In this document: positions 55,401 to 62,598 of the stretch, one piece after another | Layout of the letters: the number at the start of each line of letters is the position of its first letter | Numbering within the stretch: the stretch's first letter is position 1 | Origin: a virus | DNA length: 64,000 bases | Virus record (IMG/VR): IMGVR_UViG_3300021440_000014 | Span: 1 to 64,000 of that record | Direction: 5' to 3' (one strand) | The notes under the pieces: generated by a model | The model's database searches: none | Told to the model about the DNA's origin: nothing | What the model saw: the letters and a program-made list of their open reading frames with translations, nothing else | Position numbers and translations under genes: made by a program

Positions 55401-56940
55401 CTTTAATTCTAGATACTGCTTGAATATATTCTAGGTTAAAATTAGAAATTCTAGATATAGCCTGAATGTTTTTCTGGGTAGACTGTAAAATACTAGACTT
55501 ACCTTGTATATAATAATTGGAAGTAGAACTTCCTCCCCCGCCACCAGAAGGCGCATTACCAGTAAAAGGATTTAAAGCAACGGCATGTAAAAGAGCATTT
55601 GATGCCGCCATTTCAACGCTAATGTAGCCGCTTGTAAAAATGTCTCTTTCATCTAAACCATCGTTTGTAGTGCTAAACGCTGCGTTTGGCTGAGTATTAT
55701 AAACAGTTAAAGTTCCAGAGGTTCCAGATCCACCAACATCATTTGCGTATGTAAAGTTTACCGCAAATCTTTGGCTGGGACTACCAGTGACAAGAAAATC
55801 ATACCTTGGTGAAGCTTTATATCCTGAAAATTTAGATCCAGTTGGACTTGTTAAATTAACTCCAGAATATTCTATTAAACCGGCAGCTAAAGTAATTGTA
55901 TCGAAAGCCCCGCCAGTGCTTTGAATTCTTACTGTAAATGGATTATTACCAGTTCTGGGATTTAAAAGATAATATTGGTGAGCGTGATTCCAAAATGGAT
56001 CAATCGTCTTACCTATCTCCGTAAAAACTTGATCTCCCCAACAAACACCAGAAATTCCAGAAGGATTAATGCCAGTTGTTACATTACTTTGATTATATGT
56101 AATGTTAGCTATTAATATTGTATTATTATTCGAGTAAGAAGTAAACCCAGAATAAGAAACTACGTATCCGCTACTTGAGGGATCGAAAATAGATCTTTCT
56201 CCTTTGCCGGATATTAAGGCAATTGTAGTTGGCCTGTATAAAGATGCTACGCTAGATTGATTTCTACTATTTTGCCTAGTAATTCTAGAAATACCCGAAT
56301 TACGACCATAGCCCCAAGTCGTAATAGGGTTAGAGAAACCAAGCCAAGGGTTGCCCGTTTGAGTTCCAGACTCTATATAAGGCAAATCTCCAGATTGTGC
56401 ATTGTAACCAAATCTATGCGTCGCCGTTCTAGATGTCGCCAACGCTTCGTAGGCTATAAAACCAACTTCAACAACTAATCTATCACCACCAGAAACGTTA
56501 ATATTTCCGCTGACTCCAGTATAAGGAGGGAAAAATCTTCCGCTTAAAGTAGGGGATAGAGGAAACTCCTGAGATGTTCCAGAATTGGGAAATCCAGAAT
56601 AAATTACGGCTCTTAAAGCGTTAGTAGGAGTAACAGCTTTAATAAGTATAGCATACTGCTGGTTAGCTAATAAGTTATTCTCGGAAACTTGAATGATACC
56701 GCTAATAAAACCGCTAATAGACTGCGTGGCTAATTCATCAGAAACGTATTGGCGAGTAAGAACCCTATAAGGGGTTGTAGCGATTGCTTTTGTGCTTAAC
56801 TTTCCAGTAAAAGCATGGTTAACTGGATTTATGCTGAGGTATCTTTTATCCGCTTCAGTAGTTCTATTCCAGCCGCTCTCGTAATTAATGTTCGTTACGG
56901 GCGCATTACCAGACTGAATAAAATAAAAACGATATGGCAT
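52453..56940 (-). CDS. 1495-aa repeat protein: two N-terminal beta domains plus about 60 basic 14-aa repeats; putative virion fibre or scaffold
   Basis: Repeat consensus [KY]N[IQ][QS][AS][IV][SA]R[IV]xxxxx read from the translation. Confidence 0.7.
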   Translation of the reverse strand: MPYRFYFIQSGNAPVTNINYESGWNRTTEADKRYLSINPVNHAFTGKLSTKAIATTPYRVLTRQYVSDELATQSISGFISGIIQVSENNLLANQQYAILIKAVTPTNALRAVIYSGFPNSGTSQEFPLSPTLSGRFFPPYTGVSGNINVSGGDRLVVEVGFIAYEALATSRTATHRFGYNAQSGDLPYIESGTQTGNPWLGFSNPITTWGYGRNSGISRITRQNSRNQSSVASLYRPTTIALISGKGERSIFDPSSSGYVVSYSGFTSYSNNNTILIANITYNQSNVTTGINPSGISGVCWGDQVFTEIGKTIDPFWNHAHQYYLLNPRTGNNPFTVRIQSTGGAFDTITLAAGLIEYSGVNLTSPTGSKFSGYKASPRYDFLVTGSPSQRFAVNFTYANDVGGSGTSGTLTVYNTQPNAAFSTTNDGLDERDIFTSGYISVEMAASNALLHAVALNPFTGNAPSGGGGGSSTSNYYIQGKSSILQSTQKNIQAISRISNFNLEYIQAVSRIKVVDSADQQAKARIQSSVSKNIQSVARIYKSSFINQQAISRISLSKFYNIQAISRVSRSSQYNISSVSRLSNSSAKNIQSISRIYIANQKNQQSLARVSKTLDYSISGRSRITVSNNKSIQGIAKISNSFQKNQQGISRISVGRNYNLSAVSRITSAKTNNFQQARARISNSLFKNISSVAKITASGQKFIQSISSVRNSLNKNQQAISRITSGKNYFIQSTARIVNARFYNIQSVSRIFISTQKNQQALSRITATKNNNNIQSISRVVNSKLYNIQSVSRITSSVSKNQQGIARITATKGNNNIQALARVANSRLYSIQAISRIKISISKNQQSIARISASFSKNQSAISRLSKASNYNIQSVSRITSAKQNNIQGRARISNSSLKFQQAISRISLTSSKNQSSISRIKVSYSKNIQSLANVKAPAIKSIQAVARIGTAAIDRSISGTSNIRGQVNKTQQARAYISSGTPSSVYQQSVARVIKNADSTDVLILGNSSNWYALRLRTQDGVYTLNIDQYQSNPPSAALNWNLFCQDSAKAYNVFADESDSNNVFVSINQTETSSPYRNDVILYCPDDGTYHRIYLVLEGDTVTLRVSQDSIGFSSISGRAYIGNPSASKNQQGIARIKNSSSYSISGVSRVKATYNRNISSVSRIQKQNTANISSVSRITAVRQQNIQALSRVKRTFDKNQSALSRVSKTNSYNIQAISRLSKSLGYNISAVSRIGSALQQNSITARARITSSAQKNLNAVSRISRTYSQNISARSSIYISSAQNIQAISRIRKTNSLNISGIARIGSALQVQSISGRARIAATLAKNQQSLARVTRTSSYNQSSRASISVLYLKNQLAIARIKISSQKNINSIARVSRSVFRNQFAVSSIANANFKNILARARVSLVAQKYINAIARIRKSLDKSISGKALIGSAPYSSVHQSARARIFVAPSSSIIIKNSNANLNPKIKNAGNFITIKSPYSDSRTVIRKL
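52575..55515 (-). repeat. Degenerate 42-bp (14-codon) tandem coding repeat in two blocks of about 37 and 24 units, separated by an insert of about 120 aa
   Basis: Hand count from the protein. Recurring ttctaga(t/a)atagcctgaat-like strings on the + strand. Boundaries approximate. Confidence 0.85.
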
Positions 56941-57008
56941 AAAAACTTAACCATATCTCTACTTTTATATTGTATTATAACTAAGAGATATTGTATTATC
57001 TCTATTTA

Positions 57009-57014
57009 TTACAC
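57009..57014 (-). promoter_or_regulatory. Putative late promoter GTGTAA
   Basis: Intergenic, upstream of the repeat-protein gene. Confidence 0.6.
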
Positions 57015-57413
57015 TTATTCTAGCTCAATAACATATTGCACATTATTGCCATGAATATCTAACGCTTGCCAACCTAACTTAAATGTGACTTCTTTATGTA
57101 GCGGCTCTAAACCTTGAGTAAAATTCAAAACATTTCTTCTGAAATAGATAATTCTTCTATTGGTAAAAAAATGCTCGGAATTGTGGATGTTAAATTTTAC
57201 TCCATTAACTTCAAAATGCCCATCATTTAAATCTACTAAATAATCATTAACTCCGTCCGCCAAGCAAAACAACTCTAATTGATTACCGTTTTCCTCTTCT
57301 TTTAAAACGTCGTAAAATGAAGATTTTAATGGATCTATGGAAGAAATGTCGTCGGGCTGTTGTTGCAAAATTTTACCGTCTTTAAATCTGGCTGCAAATA
57401 GATATTTTAGCAT
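57015..57413 (-). CDS. Hypothetical protein
   Basis: 132-aa ORF in the late region with no recognised motif. Confidence 0.6.
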   Translation of the reverse strand: MLKYLFAARFKDGKILQQQPDDISSIDPLKSSFYDVLKEEENGNQLELFCLADGVNDYLVDLNDGHFEVNGVKFNIHNSEHFFTNRRIIYFRRNVLNFTQGLEPLHKEVTFKLGWQALDIHGNNVQYVIELE

Positions 57414-57440
57414 ATTAGTATATTAATTCCTATTTCTTAT

Positions 57441-57477
57441 AAAAAATAAAACCCATATAATAAATTATATGAGTTTT
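57441..57477 (-). terminator. Probable intrinsic terminator after the 180-aa gene
   Basis: On the - strand AAAACTCATATAAT-TT-ATTATATGGGTTTT (one G:U pair), followed by ATTTTTT. Confidence 0.6.
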
Positions 57478-57514
57478 GTTGAATTTATCTAGTTAATTTT
57501 CGTCTTATCTCAAA

Positions 57515-58057
57515 TCAGTTTTCATCAAATCTGAGAGATAGCGTAATTATTGCAGAATCGCCGGGGGGTGCAGCAGCAGAAGTCTTTAACTGAGTTACCA
57601 AATAACTCGTATAACCAGTAGAAGGCAATGTAGTTGCAGCCGCTCTAGCATTTTCAGGACCAGTAGTTCCAAAGAAAACAGGAACGCCAGTAGTTAGAAG
57701 ACCCGTAAGAGTCAAATCAACAGCAGTTCCAGCCAATGCAGTAGTGGCAGGAGTTGTGTAGCCCGAAATACCAGTATAAACTAACGTGAATCCGGGTTGA
57801 GTAAAGTCACCAGTAGTATGTTGGAATAAGCAATTGCTAATCTGGTTGAAAGTTCCCGAGAAAACTCCAAACTGATATTTTGGATAGCTATTACTTCCAG
57901 CCGAAATCGGAGAAGAAGAGTAAACAGTGTTTACGTCATCTGTATTCTTCCAATTTGCTTGAGAAACGTTGAAAGTTCTAGTAGTCCCCTTTGAGGCTCC
58001 GCTCAAAGATGCTACGGCAGTTCCATTGTCTTCCGCCCAAAAAAATGTACTAGCCAA
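57515..58057 (-). CDS. Putative abundant virion beta-sandwich protein (decoration or fibre subunit)
   Basis: Directly after the MCP, with its own promoter motif and terminator. Thr/Gly/Ala-rich, ending YLVTQLKTSAAAPPGD...LSLRFDEN. TTG start with GGAGG 6 nt upstream. Confidence 0.55.
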   Translation of the reverse strand: MASTFFWAEDNGTAVASLSGASKGTTRTFNVSQANWKNTDDVNTVYSSSPISAGSNSYPKYQFGVFSGTFNQISNCLFQHTTGDFTQPGFTLVYTGISGYTTPATTALAGTAVDLTLTGLLTTGVPVFFGTTGPENARAAATTLPSTGYTSYLVTQLKTSAAAPPGDSAIITLSLRFDEN

Positions 58058-58117
58058 GATAGACCTCCAGTTTTAATTGTTTGAAATTTTTCATATATTA
58101 AATTAATTCAATAAGAT

Positions 58118-58123
58118 TTACAC
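58118..58123 (-). promoter_or_regulatory. Putative late promoter GTGTAA
   Basis: Downstream of the MCP terminator, upstream of the 180-aa gene. Confidence 0.65.
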
Positions 58124-58152
58124 CAAAATATTTAAATAGTCTTTAAGGTTTT

Positions 58153-58185
58153 AAAAAAAAACGACTTACGTTTTTGCGTAAGTCG
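58153..58185 (-). terminator. Rho-independent terminator after the major capsid gene
   Basis: CGACTTACG/CGTAAGTCG 9-bp stem followed by a run of nine T on the - strand. Confidence 0.85.
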
Positions 58186-58207
58186 CTTGTTATTTTATCT
58201 CTTGATA

Positions 58208-59305
58208 TTAGACAATCAAGCCGCAAACGCCACGGGCGTCAACGCAAACTCTACCTTCTTCAAGGGCACCGTAAGTTCCGATCTTTTCAGAACGGGAAAC
58301 CCACTGGTCGTCAGGAACCACGCTGAACGTAGAACCAGAGTCAGCATTTTGAGCGATAGGACGAATAAACGCTTCTCTGCTCAAGTCGAAACCAATCAAG
58401 ATTTCATCGTTTGAAGCACTGAAGGTAGCACCGTCATAGTTAGTTGAACCTGCGAATTCCGAGAAGAGAACGTTATACTTCTTACCTGCGCCAAGTTCTA
58501 GCAAGTCCGTTATAGAAACTCCATAGATTTCAGAGCTACCAGCAGAGTTGAAGATATTCTCACGAATAGCGTCAGGAAGAGGAATAGAAGTCGTGCCAGA
58601 TCCAGCCTGACGAGTATTCATCGGGTTGAATGCGAAGTTACGAATCTGTTCTTTAACTTCTGGGCTAACAAATAAGTCAGTAAGACCTTCCGTGTCAACT
58701 CCAGTTGCGGTTCCACCGTTGAAAGCGGCGTTAATTCTGCGAAGCTTAGTGATAAGCTTGCTCAAATCAGGAACAATAAACACGTCGTCTGTTCCAGACT
58801 GATAAACGTGCTGTAACCCCTGAGTGCTCGCTTCGGCAAGAGCCTTAAGAACAACCGCCCAAGCATTACGCTCCTGTTTAATAAGGATTTCCTGAGCCAT
58901 TCTCTCCGTTGCTTTAGCAACAACATCCAAGCGCGAACGTCTAGCATATTTCTTCATGAAAGAAATCGCTGAGTCGAGACGGTATGTGGAGATTTTCATC
59001 TCTTTCACGCCTTCAACTTGGTTCGTAGGAAGACCACCAGCTTGAGATTGCGCCCAAGTGCTAATCGTTCCAACGCTTTCGTCGTAGTATAAGTCAAGCG
59101 GAATGCTCGGACTATCATCTTCGTTATATGGCTTGTCAGAGTAAACTCTTGAAGCTGTTCCAGCAGAATTGATAACTTGCTGAATCACGGGACCGATGAA
59201 ACCGGCGAAAATAGAAACAGCCTCATTAGAAACCGTTTGATCCTTAGATCCCATCGCCTTAATTAGCTCAATCTGGTCTGGTGTATTTTTGAATTGAATC
59301 TTCAT
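58208..59305 (-). CDS. Major capsid protein (HK97 fold, predicted)
   Basis: 365 aa downstream of protease/scaffold and decoration genes, high-expression codon usage, strong terminator. Segments resembling the HK97 fold (YARRSRLDVVAKATERMAQEIL, DLFVSPE, EIYGVSI). Confidence 0.8.
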   Translation of the reverse strand: MKIQFKNTPDQIELIKAMGSKDQTVSNEAVSIFAGFIGPVIQQVINSAGTASRVYSDKPYNEDDSPSIPLDLYYDESVGTISTWAQSQAGGLPTNQVEGVKEMKISTYRLDSAISFMKKYARRSRLDVVAKATERMAQEILIKQERNAWAVVLKALAEASTQGLQHVYQSGTDDVFIVPDLSKLITKLRRINAAFNGGTATGVDTEGLTDLFVSPEVKEQIRNFAFNPMNTRQAGSGTTSIPLPDAIRENIFNSAGSSEIYGVSITDLLELGAGKKYNVLFSEFAGSTNYDGATFSASNDEILIGFDLSREAFIRPIAQNADSGSTFSVVPDDQWVSRSEKIGTYGALEEGRVCVDARGVCGLIV

Positions 59306-59338
59306 ATTTTTTAATTTTTTATCTTTCGATTATTATGA

Positions 59339-59893
59339 TTAGAGAGTGTTGATCTTGATAAGGACTAAACCGTTTGCACTCTTCGGTCCAAGAGCAATAC
59401 CGACCTTGTTAGCTTGAGGAAGCGCAGTAGCACCTGCTCCAGTAGTATGGACAGTAAGTTCTCCGTTAGTAGTAGCGTAAAGGTTTGCACCCGGAGTAAC
59501 AACTCCGTTAACTCCGCTGTATAAGAATACACCGCGAGTAACAACAGGAACAGCCTGTCCGCTTAGAGCAACCTGCATTTCTGCGGCTTTTCTTGGGTTA
59601 TAAATGAGCTTCTCTCCGTTTTCGTCGAACTCTCTCACGTCAAAGAGGGTCATACCGATAGCGGTGTCGCCCGTTGCAGTTGCGGTAACAGCAGGACGAA
59701 CTCCGTAACGCAATGAAACTACGTTAGTATAACTTGAAGCAAATGGATCTGCGGAATGGACTTCTCCATCGCTTGTCCAGCCAGTTACAATCTTGACGAA
59801 TGTTCCTTTGTTAACGTTATCGCTACCGCTGTAACGATATAAGTTAATTACATCGTGTTCATCGTAGTCTCTGAATGGTCTTAGGTTTGGCAT
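59339..59893 (-). CDS. Capsid decoration / cement protein
   Basis: Between scaffold and MCP. Beta-tulip-like pattern (KGTFVKI...AIGMTLFDV...GQAVPVVTRG...PGANLY...KVGIALG). Confidence 0.65.
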   Translation of the reverse strand: MPNLRPFRDYDEHDVINLYRYSGSDNVNKGTFVKIVTGWTSDGEVHSADPFASSYTNVVSLRYGVRPAVTATATGDTAIGMTLFDVREFDENGEKLIYNPRKAAEMQVALSGQAVPVVTRGVFLYSGVNGVVTPGANLYATTNGELTVHTTGAGATALPQANKVGIALGPKSANGLVLIKINTL

Positions 59894-59930
59894 AATTTTA
59901 TTTTATAAATTTTTTAGTATTTTTTATTTA

Positions 59931-61451
59931 TTAGCGTTTTTTGATTAAAACATTTTCAGGGGCAAACGCTTTGGCCCATCTGTCTTTTTGAGAATCTTCC
60001 TTTGAAGGAGTCGCCGGAACGGAAGGAGTTTGAACCTTCGCACTTGCAACGGCATCAGCAACAACTTGCTCTTCTTGAGCTTTTTGTTCTGAAGCTACGA
60101 CAGTAGAGGCGCAGGCTTCGTCGCCTTTCTTATCCATCGGCTTTTGGCCCTTCGGCATTTTCTTCTTATTCTTCAGGAAAGTCTGAGCATTCTTTTTAAA
60201 TGCAGCATAAGACTCATCTGTTTTTAAATTTTTAATCTCGGAAGCAAGAGCAGAACGATCTTCGTCATCTAAGTTATAATCAGCGTCAAATTCGCTCATT
60301 CTAGCAGAGAAGATTTCTTCACTCTTTTTCTCTTCGATAGCTTTTTGAATCTTATCAACTTCAGCTTTTAGGGTTTCAATCTCCTTATTTGCTTTAGCAA
60401 GAGTTTCATTAAGTGTGTTAACTTCTTCTTTGTGGGCTTTTAAAAGATTTTCTTTTGCTTCTTTTTCTTTTAAGAACTCGTCGTTAGCTTTCTTAATTTC
60501 TTCAGAAACGAAATCCGTAATTGCAGAAGCTTCAATTACTTTAATGGATTCAGCGTTTATGTCTTTTAAGCTGGTAATTTTCATATTTATCTTATTCTCT
60601 TTTACATTAGTTATTTTAACTTGTGAAATATTATTTGATATATTTTCGCTCGCGGCAACCTGTAGCGAAGCGTTTTCCGTATCTATCTCCTCTTCTTTAG
60701 TCTCTTCTTCGCAAGCGACGCCTTGAACATCTGCTGCGGGAGATTCTGTAAGTCCAATGCCAATGGCTAAAACTCCTTCAGTAGGACAACGATATAAATT
60801 TTCTTCTCCAATTTTACCTTTTCCGCCAAAAGCAGTTAAATTAGCTTTTATTTTAGTAACTTCTTCTTTGTCGTTAATCACTCTTCCGTCTTCGGAATTT
60901 TTGCTATCTCCTTCTATTGCAAGAATAGAAAAATCTTTATAACCCAATTCCCAAGAAGCACTTACTTTCAAATAGTTTTGGGATTCTGGGTCAGCACAGT
61001 CTTCAATTAAATCAGCGAGTTCATCAGAAACATTTCTCCATATAACTCCTCCCAAAGTAATATTAAATGGAGAAGTCATATCTTTAACTTGCTCTAATGT
61101 TAAAGGCTTTTCTGTTCCAAACTCGGAAAAGCCCGCAGAAACAATGCATCCAACTACTTTCTTCTGATTGTGATCTAAGTTAATCGGCTTATTAATGAAA
61201 GTATCATAAATATTTAAAGCCGTAGAAGTAAGTATTACGTCTTTGTTCTTGTTAACTCTATTAACAACACATGCGCTAAAAGATATAGGAAGAAGATCGT
61301 AATTCTTTTCAGAATCAACGTCAGGCAAAAACTTCTTAAGCTGATCAATTGAAGCCAAGGAAAGATATTTGTCTTTTTCAGCCGAAACTATAGGTTTAAC
61401 AGTTAGCGAGCCGAAAATAGACTTATATTCTAATTCTTTTCTCTTTTTCAT
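59931..61451 (-). CDS. Prohead protease fused to a C-terminal coiled-coil scaffold
   Basis: VVNRVNKNKDVI, FINKPINLDH (His), VSASWEL (Ser), GIGLTESPAADV, then an acidic linker and a long coiled coil. Confidence 0.75.
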   Translation of the reverse strand: MKKRKELEYKSIFGSLTVKPIVSAEKDKYLSLASIDQLKKFLPDVDSEKNYDLLPISFSACVVNRVNKNKDVILTSTALNIYDTFINKPINLDHNQKKVVGCIVSAGFSEFGTEKPLTLEQVKDMTSPFNITLGGVIWRNVSDELADLIEDCADPESQNYLKVSASWELGYKDFSILAIEGDSKNSEDGRVINDKEEVTKIKANLTAFGGKGKIGEENLYRCPTEGVLAIGIGLTESPAADVQGVACEEETKEEEIDTENASLQVAASENISNNISQVKITNVKENKINMKITSLKDINAESIKVIEASAITDFVSEEIKKANDEFLKEKEAKENLLKAHKEEVNTLNETLAKANKEIETLKAEVDKIQKAIEEKKSEEIFSARMSEFDADYNLDDEDRSALASEIKNLKTDESYAAFKKNAQTFLKNKKKMPKGQKPMDKKGDEACASTVVASEQKAQEEQVVADAVASAKVQTPSVPATPSKEDSQKDRWAKAFAPENVLIKKR

Positions 61452-61813
61452 TTCTTTTTAATGTAAGCCGCGTTAAGAACTTTGTTTTTAGGGTTGGCAG
61501 AAGAAGCGGAAATATAAATAGAAGGAACTTCTACTTCGTAATCATCTTCCATTCCACAGGCTTTTAAAGCCTTCATCATTTGGCTTGATGATTTAATTTT
61601 AGGTAAGTGACCTTTTCCATGATCGTAAGTATATTTATAAAAATCTTCAGTTATGTAATTTATTCTTGAATGAATATTGCTCATCGCATACATTAGATCT
61701 TCCATCATGACCTTCATTTTGTCGGAAGAAGTATAATCATCAGCACTAACTGTCTTTAATTTACTTTCTATTGTGGCAAAACTTTTTGAAAGTTCTTCAA
61801 TTTTTTCTTTCAT
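61448..61813 (-). CDS. Hypothetical protein
   Basis: 121-aa ORF coupled to the protease gene by an ATGA overlap. Confidence 0.6.
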   Translation of the reverse strand: MKEKIEELSKSFATIESKLKTVSADDYTSSDKMKVMMEDLMYAMSNIHSRINYITEDFYKYTYDHGKGHLPKIKSSSQMMKALKACGMEDDYEVEVPSIYISASSANPKNKVLNAAYIKKK

Positions 61814-61827
61814 AAATCTAAGAAATG

Positions 61828-61833
61828 TTACAC
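61828..61833 (-). promoter_or_regulatory. Putative late promoter GTGTAA for the head operon
   Basis: In a 29-bp gap, 14 nt upstream of ATG 61813. Confidence 0.65.
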
Positions 61834-61842
61834 TTAATAAAA

Positions 61843-62595
61843 CTAACTTATCATCTTTTTGATGATTTCTTGGTTTTCTGGAGACTGATTTATTTTATGA
61901 GAGGTATGAAATAAGTCCAAAATCTTTTCTTTCATTTCAGGATCTTCTATTTCTTCTTCTATTCTCTTTTTAAATTCCTGCCCACCATGCAGCATTTGAG
62001 TGGCTAATTCAGCAGTTTTCTTTCCTAAGCCAAAAACTCCTCCAGATATTACTTTAGATCCTACGGAAACGACTGCTCCCGCTGCTGGATTTAAAACGCT
62101 TAATACTTTTAAAGCTATCCAAACAAATGCTAGTATAATAGCTATTACAATAAATTGAGTAAAATACCCTATTTGAATGGCCCCCGTTCCTTCTATTTTT
62201 TTGCCTGCATTTTTATCGTTATCCTCCCTAAAATCTTCAAGCTTAGAATCTAATTTCGCATCTAGTCTATCTAGTTTAGCTTTAAGTAATTCAGCCTCTT
62301 GTCTCCAAGGATCTACGGGTTTACCTAAACTTCCGGCTAGAGAATTAGCCACAGATTCGGCCTCTATTGCCGGTTTTAAAACATTAGTTGGAGAATCTGA
62401 TCTAACAGCCTCTATAACTGTCTCTTTAGTTTTTCTGGCAACGTAATCGGCGGCTTCTTTTTGAATTTCTTTATGTTGAATAGTAGCTTCTGGAACTTTC
62501 TCAACTTTATCCTGCATAAATTCTACTTTTTTGGGGAATAATGAGCACCCATTCAAAACCATAAACAGGGGTAATACTAATAATATTTTTTTCAT
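61843..62595 (-). CDS. Lipoprotein with a distal transmembrane helix; candidate unimolecular spanin
   Basis: MKKILLVLPLFMVLNGC lipobox, coiled-coil region, TM FIVIAIILAFVWIALKVL. Confidence 0.55.
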   Translation of the reverse strand: MKKILLVLPLFMVLNGCSLFPKKVEFMQDKVEKVPEATIQHKEIQKEAADYVARKTKETVIEAVRSDSPTNVLKPAIEAESVANSLAGSLGKPVDPWRQEAELLKAKLDRLDAKLDSKLEDFREDNDKNAGKKIEGTGAIQIGYFTQFIVIAIILAFVWIALKVLSVLNPAAGAVVSVGSKVISGGVFGLGKKTAELATQMLHGGQEFKKRIEEEIEDPEMKEKILDLFHTSHKINQSPENQEIIKKMIS

Positions 62596-62598
62596 AAA

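Noticed and set aside
52575-55515. CRISPR array or non-coding tandem repeat
   Set aside because: The repeats are degenerate, in frame and conserved at protein level, with no constant repeat and unique spacer structure.
56941-58207. tRNA or structured ncRNA in the larger intergenic gaps
   Set aside because: The gaps are short and AT-rich and are explained by terminators and promoter motifs. No cloverleaf or T-loop signature was seen.
1037-62446. Short antisense or alternate-frame ORFs in the track (e.g. 1037..1243, 5453..5653, 14684..15058, 28609..28932, 34546..34893, 60415..60726, 62177..62446)
   Set aside because: They lie within well-supported genes, show no motifs, and read as shadow ORFs.
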